Origin: an uncultured Candidatus Rokubacteria bacterium
Lineage (GTDB): Bacteria; Methylomirabilota; Methylomirabilia; Rokubacteriales; CSP1-6
NCBI GenBank assembly: GCA_963789955.1
Contig: CAWBMV010000001.1
Location: 64,001 to 128,000 of the forward strand
Length of the DNA: 64,000 bases
Direction of reading: 5' to 3'
Positions within the stretch are counted from its first letter, which is position 1. The number at the start of each line of letters is the position of its first letter. This document shows positions 31,381 through 43,421 of this stretch, piece by piece. The position numbers and the translations under genes were made by a program. The notes below the pieces were generated by a model. That model saw only the letters and a program-made list of their open reading frames with translations, did not search any database and was not told the DNA's origin.

Positions 31381-33274
31381 ATGAATTTCGAGGCGTTGCG
31401 CGCCAGCACATTGCCGGGCTTGCTCGTCGCGCGCGCGCGGGCACGACCCGAGCGGGTCGCGTTCCGCGCGAAGGAGCTCGGCATCTGGCGCGAGACGACG
31501 TGGCGCGAGCTGGCCGAGCGTGTCGGCCGCACTCGCGTGCGGGCTCGCGCGCGAGTACCGGATCGCGGCGGGCGAGACGGTGGCCATCATCGGCAACCCG
31601 TGCCCGGAGTGGACCATCGCGGACCTGGCGGCGCAGGCGCTCGGCGCGATCACCTACGGCATCTATCCGACGAGCGCGCCGGGCGAGGTGCGTCATCTGC
31701 TCCAGCACGGCGGCGCCTCGTTGATCGTCGCCGAGGATCAGGAGCATCTCGACAAGACGCTCGAGGTGCTCGACGAGTGTCCCGATGTTCGCGCGGTGCT
31801 GGTGATCGACACGCGCGCGCTCTTCATGTACCGCCACCCGCGCGTGCGGCCGCTCGCCGAGGTCGAAGCGCGAGGCCGAGAGGCGCTGACCGGCGAGCCC
31901 GATGCGCTCGACCGGCTGGCGCAGCCGTGTCGCCCGACGCGCCCGCGACCATCATCTATACGTCGGGCACCACGGGGCACCCCAAGGGCGCGGTCTACCG
32001 TCATGGGCCGCACCTCGCCGCCTGCGCCAACATCATCGAGCACTACCCGATTCTGGAGCACCGAGAGCACCGCGCGGTCGCAATGCTCCCGCTCTGTCAC
32101 GCGATGGGACGCAATCTCGCGATCACGATGCCGCTCATCGCGGACATCGTGCCGCACTATCCGGAGTCGGTGGACACCTTCGCCGACGCGCTCTACGAGA
32201 TCGCAGCCGACGTTCGTGTTCACCGTGCCGCGCTATCTCCAGAAGTTCGCGGCGCATCTGCTGGTCGGTCTCGACCAGAGCTCGTGGGTCAAGCGAACCG
32301 CCTATCGCTCGGCGATGAGCGGTCGGCCGGCGCGCCCTCGATCGGCGACGGAGCCGTGGCGGCCGCGCGTCGATGCCGGCGGCGCTCGCGCGCGCGCTCG
32401 TCTTTCGCTGGCTCCTCGAGAAGGTCGGCTTCGCGCGCGCGGAGCTCGTGATCTCGAGCGGCGCGCCGCTGCCGGCCGCTGTGGCCGAGCTCTGGCAGGC
32501 GTGGGGCGTCAATCTCTGCGAGGCGTACGGCCAGACCGAGACGGGCGGCGCGCTCGTCTCCGGCCAGCGCGGACCGTATCCGCAGCCCGGCGACGTCGGC
32601 TCCGCGGCGCCGAACATGACGGTGGAGCTCGACGACGACGGCGAGATTCTCGTGACCGCGGCCGAGTTTTTCGGTGGATACTGGCGCGACCCCGACGCCA
32701 CCCGGGCGCTGTACCGCGATGGCAAGCTCGCGACCGGCGACGTCGGCGAGTGGACCGCCGGCGGCTCGCTCAGGCTGGTCGACCGGAAGAAGGACATCCT
32801 GATCACGGCCGGCGGCAAGAACGTGAGCCCCTCGCTCGTCGAGAACCGGCTGCGCGCGAGCCCGTACGTCAGCGAGGCCGCCGTGTTCGGCGAGGCGCGC
32901 AAGTATCTGGTGGCGCTGCTCGAGGCCGACGGCGAGACGGTCGCCGAGTGGGCGCGCGAGCACGGCGTGGTCCACACGGGCTATGCATCGCTCGTGTCGC
33001 CACCCGGACGTGGTCGGGCTGATCGAAGCCGAGGTGAAGCGCGCGAACGGCGAGCTGACGCGCGTGGAGCAGGTGAAGGCATTTCGCCTGCTGCCGCGCG
33101 AGCTCGATCCCGAGCTCGAGGGCGAGCCGGTGACGCCGACGCGGAAGGTGAAGCGGCGGGTCATGGCCGAGCGCTACCGCGCATCTGGTCGAGTCGATGT
33201 ACGCGAACGACGAAGAACGACGGATCGCGGCCGAGGTCGGAACCGGCCGCCTTTCTCTTTCGACGGAGGACTAG
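31381..33274 (+). CDS. Long-chain acyl-CoA synthetase (AMP-binding); several frameshifts
   Basis: IYTSGTTGHPKG, EAYGQTE, TGDVG, DRKKDILITAGGKNVSP, TPTRKVKR. Confidence 0.92.
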
Positions 33275-34427
33275 ATGGTCAGACGTGCTCTCACACTGCT
33301 CGCCGCGTTCCTCGTCGTGACCGTCACGCCGGCCCTCGCCCAGTACCGCATCGGGATGAGCGCCGCGATCACGGGCCCGGCGTCGTCCACGTACGCGCCG
33401 ACGTACGAGGCCTACAAGGCGTACTTCAAGCGCGTGAACGACGCGGGCGGTATCAACGGCCAGAAGGTGGAGATCACGTACGAGGACGACCGCGGCGAGC
33501 CGCAGCGCGCGGCTGCCAACGCGAAGAAGCTCGCCGAGGGCTCGATCCTGATGGTCAACGCGTCGACCTCGGCGACGTACAAGCCCTTCATGACCGAGTC
33601 GGAGTCCGAGAAGCTGCCGCTCCTGTTCGGCGGCGGCGTCTGTCCGCGCGAGGCGTTCCCGCCGGCCAATCCGCTCATCTTCTGCTCGACGTCGTTCGGC
33701 TCGAAGTGGGACAGTCGCTTCGCGCTCGGCTTCATCAAGGAGCAGGCCGCCGGCAAGAAGGTGAAGGTGGGCTTCGCCGCGCAGGACATTCCGCTCTCGC
33801 GCATCGAGCTCGAGTTCGCCGAGCAGCTCGCGAAGGAAATGGGGCTCGAGGCGATTCCGGTCGTCGTAGTCCCGGGCAACACGCCGGACTTCACGCCGTT
33901 CGCGCAGAAGCTGAAGGACGCCGGCGCCGACTGGGTGCTTCTCGTGGGCGCTGTGGCACGTCGAGGTCGGCGTGTTCGAGGCGCTTCAGCGTCTCGGCTG
34001 GCAGGGTAGCTATCTCCTCTACGGTCACCAGCAGACGCAGGACGAGCTGGCGCGGCTGAAGGCGCCGAACCTCTACGCCTTCGGCGGCAACACGCTCTTC
34101 ATGGAGAACCTGCCCATCCACACGGAGATCACGAATCTCGTCAAGGGGCAGACGACGCATCCGGCGCACTACATGGCCGAAGGCTGGGTGTCGGCGATGG
34201 TGCTCGAGGCCGGACTGAAGAAGTGCGGCTGGCCCTGCCCGAAGGACAAGCTTGCGACGGCGCTGGCCGGCGTGAGCGTCGACACGCGCGGGCTTCGCGG
34301 CGGTCCGATCGAGTGGACCGCGGACAACCACTACCGGAAGAACACCTACTACAAGGTCTACCGGTGGGACGCGTCCAAGAACGGCATCGCGCCGGTCGGC
34401 GGCTGGACGCGGCTCGAGATCAAATGA
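33275..34427 (+). CDS. Branched-chain amino acid-type ABC substrate-binding protein; frameshift ~33940
   Basis: Signal peptide, VNDAGGINGQKV..EDD, DFTP. Confidence 0.88.
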
Positions 34428-34555
34428 AGCCGCTGGCGCCTACAGCAGGCCACTCGCGGTCCGCGCCGGCCTCACGGACCCCGCTACAGTGAAGCCGCTG
34501 GCGCCTACAGCAGGCCACTCGCGGTCCGCGCCGGCCTCACGGAACCCCGCTACAG
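34425..34555. repeat. Tandem duplication of a 65/66-bp intergenic unit
   Basis: TGAAGCCGCTGG...CCCCGCTACAG occurs twice. Confidence 0.9.
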
Positions 34556-34562
34556 TGACGCG

Positions 34563-35438
34563 GTGACGCAGGCCCTCGCCACGACCGTCGTCGTCGCGAG
34601 CCTCTACGCGCTGCTGGCTGCCGGGTACGTGCTCGTCTACCGGGCGACGCGCGTCCTGAATCTGGCCCAGGGCGACATGATGACGCTCGGCGGCTATTTC
34701 CTGTTCCTGGTAGCCGCCGCGGTGCCCGGACAACCTGCGCTGGCGATCCTCACGGCCACGCTGCTGTCGGCGCTCGCCGGCTTCTTCATCTACCGCCTCC
34801 TGATGCGGCCGATGGCGGGCCACCCGATCTTCGCCGCGGTCCTCGTCACGGTCACCCTCGGCATCTTGCTGCGCGCCGCGATCGTGCTCGTCTACACCGA
34901 TCGCATCCGCCACCCGCTGCCGCTGCTCGGCCTCGCGAATCCCCCGCGCCGGCTGCCGGGTGGCGCCGTCGTCTCGACGTTCGACCTGCTCACGGTCGGC
35001 GCCGCGGCGGCGCTCTTCCTCGGGCTCTTCGCCTTTCTTCGGCTCTCGCCGCTCGGCATCCAGATGCGGGCGGCCGGCGAGAAGGCGCTGCTGGCCGCGC
35101 AGCGCGGGATCAACTTCCAGCTGCTCTTCGCGCTCTCGTGGGCGCTGGCCGGCCTCGCCGGCGCGCTCGCGGGCATTCTCTACGCGAACAACGTGCGCCT
35201 CGATCCGTCGCTCGGCGTCCTCGGCCTGAAGGCGTTTGCGGTCGCCCTGGTCGGTGGGCTCGACAGCCTCGCCGGCGTGATTCCCGGCGCGCTGCTCGTC
35301 GCTGCGGTCGAGGTGCTGTCCGTCCGCTATGGCGACCCGCTGCTCGCCGACGTCTCGCCGTTTCTCTGCCTGCTCGCGATGCTGCTCGTGCGGCCGTGGG
35401 GACTCTTCGGGACGAAGGAAGAGCTGGAGCGGGTGTGA
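34563..35438 (+). CDS. LivH-like ABC permease
   Basis: YALLAAGYVLVY..LNLAQG, GGLDS..G, RPWGLFG. Confidence 0.9.
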   Translation: MTQALATTVVVASLYALLAAGYVLVYRATRVLNLAQGDMMTLGGYFLFLVAAAVPGQPALAILTATLLSALAGFFIYRLLMRPMAGHPIFAAVLVTVTLGILLRAAIVLVYTDRIRHPLPLLGLANPPRRLPGGAVVSTFDLLTVGAAAALFLGLFAFLRLSPLGIQMRAAGEKALLAAQRGINFQLLFALSWALAGLAGALAGILYANNVRLDPSLGVLGLKAFAVALVGGLDSLAGVIPGALLVAAVEVLSVRYGDPLLADVSPFLCLLAMLLVRPWGLFGTKEELERV

Positions 35439-35443
35439 GCGCG

Positions 35444-35788
35444 CTACGGGAGGCCCAGGGTGTTCTTGAGAGCTCGTTCGACCTGGGCGAGCAGGTCGGG
35501 CGCCAGATGCCCCAGTCTCTTCACCAAGCGTCGTTTGTCGATCGCCCGAATCTGCTCGGTGACGGCCTTGGACTGAAACTTCAGCCCCGCGGCGCCCGCC
35601 GGGACGACCGCGTGACTCGGGGACACGAGGGCCGTGTTCTTCGTGAGCGGGATCACCACGGCCAGCTCGGCAAAGTGATTGATGCTGTCGTTGGAGAGCA
35701 CGATCACGGGCTGCGTCTTCTTGATCTCGACACCCAGTGTCGGATCGAGCCGCGCGAGGACGACATCACCGCGCCGGGCGGCGACCAC
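35444..35788 (-). CDS. PemK/MazF family toxin
   Basis: RRGDVVLARLDPTLGVEIKK.QPVIVLSND, VIPLT, EQIRAIDKRRL. Confidence 0.92.
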   Translation of the reverse strand: MVAARRGDVVLARLDPTLGVEIKKTQPVIVLSNDSINHFAELAVVIPLTKNTALVSPSHAVVPAGAAGLKFQSKAVTEQIRAIDKRRLVKRLGHLAPDLLAQVERALKNTLGLP

Positions 35789-36074
35789 GCTTCTCTTCGT
35801 CCTCGAGAATGGCCCCGGCTTCGGCGTCGCTCACTTCCCACTCGGCGAGCAGATCGCGATCTTCGCTCGCGTGACCGGCGGCCCGCCGCGTGTAGTAGGT
35901 TCGATACCCTTCCGCCACTTTGTGCCGCTCGATCGCGTCGAGATATGACGTGAGGACCCTGGTGATGACCCGGCTCCGACGCGTCTTCGGAATCAAGGCA
36001 TTCGCCCGTTTCACGAGGTCGCGCGGCAGCGAGATGCTCACGACCTCGTATCGTCCCCGCGGCTCCGGCGACAT
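35766..36074 (-). CDS. Cognate antitoxin, ribbon-helix-helix type
   Basis: VVSISLPRDLV...RSRVI, acidic C-terminus, overlaps the toxin start. Confidence 0.8.
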   Translation of the reverse strand: MSPEPRGRYEVVSISLPRDLVKRANALIPKTRRSRVITRVLTSYLDAIERHKVAEGYRTYYTRRAAGHASEDRDLLAEWEVSDAEAGAILEDEEKRGRRPAR

Positions 36075-36093
36075 AGACTCCCCCGACTCTGAT

Positions 36094-36117
36094 AGTAGAT
36101 TTGTTATTAACTCTACT
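36094..36117. promoter_or_regulatory. AT-rich inverted repeat, probable TA operator/promoter
   Basis: AGTAGA-tttgttattaac-TCTACT upstream of the antitoxin. Confidence 0.55.
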
Positions 36118-36159
36118 GATAGCCACATGTCACGTCAAGCCCGGCGATTCGAGACGTAG

Positions 36160-37229
36160 ATGGCGTTCGGCGGCGGCTACTTCAAGACCACGTACGCGAG
36201 CGATCTGGCGCTGGTCGACACGCGGCTCCGGCGCGTCGCGCTCGGGCTGCTCATCCTCGTGCTGCTGGTGCTGCCGCGGTTCGTGTCGTCCTTCGCGCTC
36301 GATCTCGTCACGCAGACGGCGCTGGCGGCGGTCGGCGCGCTCGCGCTCAACCTCCTGACCGGCCTCGCGGGCCAGATCTCGCTCGGCCACGCCGGCTTCA
36401 TCGCCGCCGGCGCCTTCACCACGGCGTTCCTCGTCGAGAACCGCCTGCCGTCGCCGCTGCTGGCGCTGCCCGCCGCGGCGCTGGTGGGCGCGGCACTCGG
36501 CGTGATCGTCGGGATCCCGGCGCTCAGGCTCAAAGGGCTCTACCTGGCGCTCGGCACGCTCGCGCTCCATCACGTGGTGCTCTACGCGTGCGGCGAGTTC
36601 CAGAACCACTGGGGCGCCAACACGGGCGTGTCGATTCCGCCGCCACGACTCGGCGCCTGGGTGCTGAAGGGCACGACGGCCTGGTACTACGCGCTTGACC
36701 GCGGTCGCCGGCCTGGTGTTGATCCTGTCGGTGAATCTCCAGCGCTCGCGCGCCGGGCGCGCCTGGATGGCGATTCGCGATCGCGAGATCGCCGCCGAGT
36801 CCGTCGGGATCGACGTGGCGCGCTACAAGGTGCTCGCGTTCGTGTGGTCGAGCGCGCTCACGTCGGTGGCCGGCGCGCTGTTCGCGTACCAGCGCGCATT
36901 CGTGTCCGTCGAGGCGTTCGGATTCTTTCTCGCGATCGAGTACATCGCGATGGTCATCATCGGCGGCCTGGGCTCCGCGCTGGGCGCCGTGCTCGGCGCC
37001 GCGTTCGTGACCTTGCTGCCGTACGGGATCGACGCCGGCGGTCGCCGCGCTCCGTGTGCCCGGCGGCGCCGAGTACTACCTGTTCCCGCTGAAATTCGGC
37101 GCGTTCGGTCTCCTGATGGCCGCGTTCCTGGTCTTCGAGCCGCAGGGGCTCGTCGGGATCTGGCGTCGCGCCCGCAACTGGGTCGTGCTCTGGCCGCTGC
37201 GCTACCGGCCGCTCCGGCCCGCGTCGTGA
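36160..37229 (+). CDS. LivM-like ABC permease; frameshifts
   Basis: LNLLTGLAGQISLGHA, LRLKGLYLA, GRAWMAIRD, GGLGS. Confidence 0.9.
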
Positions 37230-38035
37230 CGCCGCTGCTCGAGCTGGAGAACCTCGAGGTCGTGTACCACCACGTCGCGACGGCGATCCAGGGTGTGTCG
37301 CTTCGCGTGCCGCCGGGCTCGATCGTCGCGCTGCTCGGCACCAACGGCGCGGGCAAGACGACCACGCTCCGGGCGATCTCGGGCTTTCTCGGCGCCGACG
37401 ACGCGCAGATCGTCGGCGGCCGCGTGGTCTTCCAGGGCACGGCCGTCACCGGTCGTGCGCCCCACGAGCTGGCGCGCCGGGGTCTCGTGCTGGTCCCGGA
37501 GCGTGACAAGGTCTTCGAGACCCTGACCGTCCAGGAGAACCTGCGGGCATTGGTGCCGGGCTCGCGGGCCGATCGCGACGCGGAGCGGCCGCCCGTGACG
37601 CTCGAGCAGGTCTTCCACTACTTCCCCGTGCTGGCCGGGCGGCGCCGCCAGCTCGCCGGCTATCTCTCGGGCGGCGAGCGTCAGATGCTGGCCCTGGCGA
37701 CGGCGCTGCTGTGTCGGCCGCGCGTGCTGCTCGTCGACGAGCTGTCGCTCGGGCTGGCGCCGCTGGTGGTCGAGACGCTCATGGCCCTGGTCGCGCGTCT
37801 CCGCGACGAGCTGGGGCTGGCCGTGCTGCTCGTCGAGCAGAATGCCGGCGCGGCGCTCGCGGTCGCGAACTCCGGCTACGTCATGGAGCACGGCCGCATC
37901 GTCTACGACGGCACGGTCGAGCGCCTGCTCGCGCACGAGGACGTCCGCGAGTTCTATCTGGGCGTGGGGCATCGCGCCGGGCGCAAGAGCTACACCGACG
38001 TGAAGCAGTATCAGAGGCGCCGCCGGTGGTTCTGA
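37226..38035 (+). CDS. LivF-like ABC ATPase
   Basis: [29 protein letters not shown]. Confidence 0.92.
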   Translation: MTPLLELENLEVVYHHVATAIQGVSLRVPPGSIVALLGTNGAGKTTTLRAISGFLGADDAQIVGGRVVFQGTAVTGRAPHELARRGLVLVPERDKVFETLTVQENLRALVPGSRADRDAERPPVTLEQVFHYFPVLAGRRRQLAGYLSGGERQMLALATALLCRPRVLLVDELSLGLAPLVVETLMALVARLRDELGLAVLLVEQNAGAALAVANSGYVMEHGRIVYDGTVERLLAHEDVREFYLGVGHRAGRKSYTDVKQYQRRRRWF

Positions 38036-38809
38036 GGGTCGACGACGTCACGCTCGATTTCGACGGGCTGCGCGCGCTGACGTCCGTCAGCATGTCGATC
38101 GACGCCGGCGCGCTGGCCGCCCTGGTCGGGCCGAACGGCGCCGGCAAGACGTGCCTGCTGAACTGCGTGGGAGGATTCTACGCGCCGACGTCGGGGAGAA
38201 TCGTGTTCGGCGACGCCGCGATCCAGGGCCTGGCGCCTCACCGGATCGCCGCGCACGGCATCGCGCGAACGTTTCAGTTCGTGGAGCTCTTCCGCGGCAT
38301 GACGGTGCTCGACAACATCCTGCTCGGCCGGCACCGGCACATGCGGGCCGGGGTGCTCGCCGGCGGCGATCTTCTGGGGACGCTCGCGGCGCGAAGAGAC
38401 GACTCACCGGCGGCGCGTCGAGGAGATCATCGAGTTCCTCGAGCTCGAGCGCGCTCGCAAGGAGCTGGTCGCGAGCCTGCCGTTCGGCGTCCAGAAGATC
38501 GTGGCGATCGGGCGGGCGCTCGCGATGGAGCCGAAGCTCTTGCTGCTGGACGAGCCGTCGACCGGCATGAACCGCGAGGAGAAGGAGAACCTCGCCCGGT
38601 TCCTGCTGCGGATCAAGCACGAGCTCCGGATGACCATGCTGTGGGTCGAGCACGACATGGAGCTGGTGGGCGATCTGGCCGACACCGTGACCGTGCTGGA
38701 CTTCGGCCAGCGCATCGCCAGCGGGCCGCCGGACGCGGTGCTCCGCGATCCGCGCGTGATCGAGGCCTATCTGGGCCGCGCCGCGAGCCGAGAGAAAGGA
38801 GCGCGATGA
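38026..38809 (+). CDS. LivG-like ABC ATPase; frameshift ~38370
   Basis: [34 protein letters not shown]. Confidence 0.9.
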
Positions 38810-39823
38810 TGCTGTTGCCGACGTCGGTCGTGGGAAGTCATGGGCTGCCCGGGTGGGTGTGGCTCGCGCGCGAGGCGATGGAGGCCGGCCGCCTGGGGCC
38901 GATCGACGTGCGCGAGCTGATGGAAGACGCGACGCAGGCGGCGTTGCTCGACCAGGAGCGCGCCGGCGTCGACGTCGTGAGCACGGGCGAGATGATGCGC
39001 GTGCGCTTCATCATCGGCTTCTACGATCGCTTCACCGGCATCCGGACCTTGCCGGCCGCGCGGCGCCTGGGCCAGCCGCTCTGGGACACGAACACGCCGT
39101 TCGAGGTCATCGAGCGCATCAGCGCGCCCGAAGGGCTCGGCATCGTCGACGAGTTCAAGCTGGCGCGCTCGCTGACGTCCAAGCGCATCAAGGCCACGGT
39201 GCCGGGACCGTACACCTTGCTCGTCCCGCTCAAGCTCGGCGGCAGCTACCGCGACAAGGACACGCTGCTCGCGGACCTCGTCGGGATCGTCAACGCCGAG
39301 TGTCGGGCGCTCGTCGCCGCCGGCGCCGACTTCATCCAGATCGACGAGCCGCACAGCGGCATGTACTCCGGCGCGCCGCCGCGCTTCGACCAGGGTGTGA
39401 ACCGGGCGGTCGAGGGGATCGAGGCCAAGATCGCGGTGCACGTCTGCTTCGGCAACCTCTACGGGCGTCCGTTCTCGGCGGTGCGCGACTTCCGGAACCT
39501 CTACCCGCTCGTGCGCGACCTGCGCGCCTCGCAGATCGTGCTCGAGTTCGCCAACCGGGGCATGGACGACCTGCGCTTCTGGAAGGAGTTCCCGAGCGAC
39601 AAGGAGCTCGGCGCGGGCGTCATCGACGTGAAGGCGTTCAAGGCCGAGTCGCCGGCCGACGTGGCGGAGCGCATCCGTGAGATGCTGAAGCACGTGCGCG
39701 CCGGACAAGCTCTGGCTCAATCCCGATTGCGGATTCTGGGAGACGCCGCGCTGGGTGGTGAAGCAAAAGCTCGCCGCGCTCGTCGAGGGGGCGGCGATCG
39801 TCCGAAAGGAGCTCGGCGGCTAA
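38806..39823 (+). CDS. MetE C-terminal-like (methionine synthase II family) Zn enzyme; frameshift ~39700
   Basis: PTSVVGS, IQIDEP, HVCFGN, LEFA, NPDCG. Confidence 0.87.
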
Positions 39824-39867
39824 GACGTTTTGAGCGTCGCGTATCGTGTACGGAGGAGGAGCCCACC

Positions 39868-42228
39868 ATGACCGACGTGCTGTCCGCGAGCGACCTGGAC
39901 CTGGTGGATGCCTACTGGCGCGCCTCGAACTACCTCACGATCGGCCAGATCTACCTGCTCGACAATCCGCTCCTGCGCGAGCCGCTCAAGGCCGAGCACA
40001 TCAAGCAGCGCCTCCTCGGACACTGGGGGACGTCACCCGGTCAGAATCTCCTCTACGTGCACCTGAACCGCCTCATCACGCGGCACGACGCCGAGATCGA
40101 TCTATCTGTCCGGCCCCGGCCACGGCGGTCCGGCGATCGTGGCCCAGGTGTACCTCGAGGGCACGTACTCGGAGATCTATCCGGACGTCACCGAGAGATG
40201 TCGCCGGCCTACGCAAGCTCTTCCGACAGTTCTCGACGCCCGGCGGCATCCCGAGTCACGTGAGCGTGACGACGCCGGGATCGATCCACGAGGGCGGCGA
40301 GCTCGGCTACGTGCTCGTGCACGCCTTCGGCGCCGCGTTCGACAATCCGGACCTCATCGTCGCCGCCGTCGTCGGCGACGGCGAGGCGGAAACCGGACCG
40401 CTGGCCGGAAGCTGGAAGGGGATCAGCTTTCTGAATCCCGCGCGGGACGGCGCGGTGCTGCCGATCCTGCACCTGAACGGCTACAAGATCGCGGGGCCGA
40501 CCGTGCTCGGTCGTTCCAGTGATGCCGAGATCGAAAGCTTCCTCGGCGGTCAGGGCTACGACGTGCTGTTCGTCGAGGGCAGCGAGCCGAAGGCGGTCCA
40601 CCGGTTGCTCGCCGAGGCGCTGGAGACGTGCTACGTGCGGATCCGCGCGATCCAGCGCGAAGCGCGCGATCGCGGTGGAGTCGGCCGCCCCCGCTGGCCC
40701 GCGCTCGTGCTGCGAACGCCGAAAGGATGGACGGGCCCCAAGGTCGTGGACGGCGTGAAGATCGAGGGCACGTTCCGAGCGCACCAGGTGCCGCTGAGCG
40801 AGGTGAAGACGAATGCCGAGCACCTGCGCATGCTCGAGAGCTGGATGCGCAGCTACCGGCCGCAGGAGCTGTTCGACGCCGCCGGCCGGTTGGTGCCCGA
40901 CGTGGCGGCATTGGCCCCGGCCGGCGCGCGACGGATGGGGGCGAACCCGCATGCCAATGGCGGCCACGGGGCGCCGCTCGATCTTCCGCCCTTCCGGGAC
41001 TACGCGATCGCCGTGCGCCGCCCGGCGACGGAGCACGCCGAATCGACCCGGCAGCTCGGCAAGCTCATGCGCGACGTCTTTGCCCGCACCAAGCAGCACG
41101 CCAACTTCAGGCTCTACTGCCCGGACGAAACCAACTCGAATCGCCTCGGAGACGTCTTCGAGGCGGAGAACCGCTGCCTCGTGGAGCGCGTGCTGCCGGA
41201 CGACGACCACGTGTCGCCGGACGGGCGCGTGATGGAGGTACTCAGCGAGCACCTCTGTCAGGGCTGGCTCGAGGGCTACACGCTCACCGGGCGTCACGGG
41301 CTCTTCGCGACCTACGAGGCGTTCGCGATGGTGTCGGCCTCCATGACGGTGCAGCACGCCAAGTGGCTCGAGGAGAGCGTGCGGCTTCCGTGGCGAAAGC
41401 CGATCCCGTCGCTCAACGTGCTGCTCACCTCGACCGTGCTGGCGAAACGATCACAACGGCTTCAGTCATCAAGGCCCCGGCTTGATCGATGTGATGCTCT
41501 CGAAGAAGGGGACGGTCTCCCGGATCTATCTGCCCCCCGACGCGAACTGCCTGCTCGCGACGGCGGATCACTGTTTCCGGAGCCGGAACTACGTGAACCT
41601 CATCGTCATCGACAAGCAGCCGCAGCTCCAGTGGCTCGCCATCGACGAGGCGATCGAGCACTGCGCGCGCGGGGCTTCGATCTGGCGGTGGGCCAGCAAC
41701 GACGGCGGGACCACGCCCGATGTCGTGCTGGCGGCGGCCGGCGATATCCCGACTCTCGAGATCGTGGCGGCGGCGTGGTGGCTACGACATCACGCGCCGG
41801 AGCTGAAGGTGCGCGTCGTCAACGTCGTGGATCTCATGACGCTCTTCACTCCGGACGTGCACCCGCACGGGATGGACGGGGCCGCGTTCGACGACGTCTT
41901 CACCAGCGACGCCCACGTCATCTTCGCCTTCCACGGCTATCAGCGCGCGATCCACCAGATCATCCACGGCCGTCCGAATCCCGAGCGGTTCCACGTCCGC
42001 GGGTTCAACGAGGAAGGCACCACCACGACCCCGTTCGACATGGTGGTCCGCAACGGCATGAGCCGGTACGACCTCTGCATCGAGGCGCTGCGGCGCGGCG
42101 GCAGCGCGCTCCCGCGCAGCGCCGCGTTGATCGCCGAATGTCGCGAGGCGCTGGAGCGCCATCACGTCTACACTCGCGACCACCTGGAGGACATGCCCGA
42201 GGTGCGTGACTGGACGTGGAGCGAATGA
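39868..42228 (+). CDS. xfp: Phosphoketolase; frameshifts
   Basis: [41 protein letters not shown]. Confidence 0.96.
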
Positions 42229-43421
42229 ACGTTCTCGCGATCAACTGTGGCAGCTCGTCCATCAAGTTCGGACTGTTCGCGCCCGCCGGCGGGCAACAGG
42301 CTCGTGCCGTGAGCCGGCTCGCGGGCGGCCGCGTCGAGAAGCTCGGCGGCGAGAAGACGGAGCTGCACTTCGAGACGGAGGGAGGTAAGCCGCTGGAGAC
42401 GACGGCGGCGGTGCGCGACCACACGGCGGGCGTGCAACGGATCGCGGAGTGGCTGGGCGCGATGCAGCTGGTCGTCCACGCGGTCGGGCATCGCGTGGTG
42501 CACGGCGGCCCGCGCTTTCGGACACCGACGGTACTCGACGACGGGGTCATCGCGGCGATTCACGAGCTCGAAGCGCTTGCGCCGTTGCACAACGGTCCGA
42601 GCCTCGCCGGTATCAAAGCCTGTCGCGCTGCGCTCGGCGGCGACGTTCCGATGGTCGCGGTCTTCGACACCGCGTTTCATGCCTCGCTGCCGGAGCGCGC
42701 CTGGCGCTACGCCATCCCGCGGGAGCTCGCCGACCGTCACGGTATTCGTCGGTTCGGGTTCCATGGAATCTCCTACCGTGCCGTGCTCGAGCGCTACTGC
42801 GCCCTCACGGGCACCCCCGAGTCGCAGGCGACGATCATCGCCCTGCATCTCGGGAGCGGCTGCTCGGCGGTGGCGATCGCGAACGGCCGCTCGGTCGACA
42901 CGTCGATGGGACTCACGCCGCTCGAAGGGCTCGTGATGGGCACCAGATCCGGCGACATCGATCCGGCGATCGTCGAGCATCTCTCGCGGGTCGAGAGCGT
43001 CCCGGCCACCGACGTGGAGCGCTGGCTGAACGAGCGATCCGGCTTGCTGGGGCTCTCGTCGCGGAGCGGCGATCTACGCGACCTGCTGGCGCACGAGCGT
43101 GACGACGACCGCGCGGCGATCGCCATCGAAGTGTTCTGCTATCGCATCCGGAAGTACATCGGCGCGTACCTCGCCGCGCTCGGTGGCGCGCAGGCCGTTG
43201 TGTTCACGGGCGCCATCGGCGAGCGGTCGGCCGAGGTTCGGGCGCGGGTCTGTCAAGGTCTCGAGTGCGTCGGCCTGATCCTCGATCCGCGAGCCAACGG
43301 CGCCGACGACGGCAGCGCCCGACGCATCAGCGCCTCGGGGGCGCGGCTGGCGGCCTTCGTCATTCCGACCGACGAGGAGAGCGAGATCGCGCGCGACACC
43401 GTGCAGGCGCTGCGTCGGTGA
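42225..43421 (+). CDS. ackA: Acetate kinase
   Basis: INCGSSSIK, GHRVVHGG, FDTAFH, GFHG, DTSMG.TPLEGLVMGTRSG. Confidence 0.96.
   Translation: MNVLAINCGSSSIKFGLFAPAGGQQARAVSRLAGGRVEKLGGEKTELHFETEGGKPLETTAAVRDHTAGVQRIAEWLGAMQLVVHAVGHRVVHGGPRFRTPTVLDDGVIAAIHELEALAPLHNGPSLAGIKACRAALGGDVPMVAVFDTAFHASLPERAWRYAIPRELADRHGIRRFGFHGISYRAVLERYCALTGTPESQATIIALHLGSGCSAVAIANGRSVDTSMGLTPLEGLVMGTRSGDIDPAIVEHLSRVESVPATDVERWLNERSGLLGLSSRSGDLRDLLAHERDDDRAAIAIEVFCYRIRKYIGAYLAALGGAQAVVFTGAIGERSAEVRARVCQGLECVGLILDPRANGADDGSARRISASGARLAAFVIPTDEESEIARDTVQALRR

Noticed and set aside
34425..34555. CRISPR array
   Set aside because: Two adjacent copies with no spacers, and no cas genes in the window.
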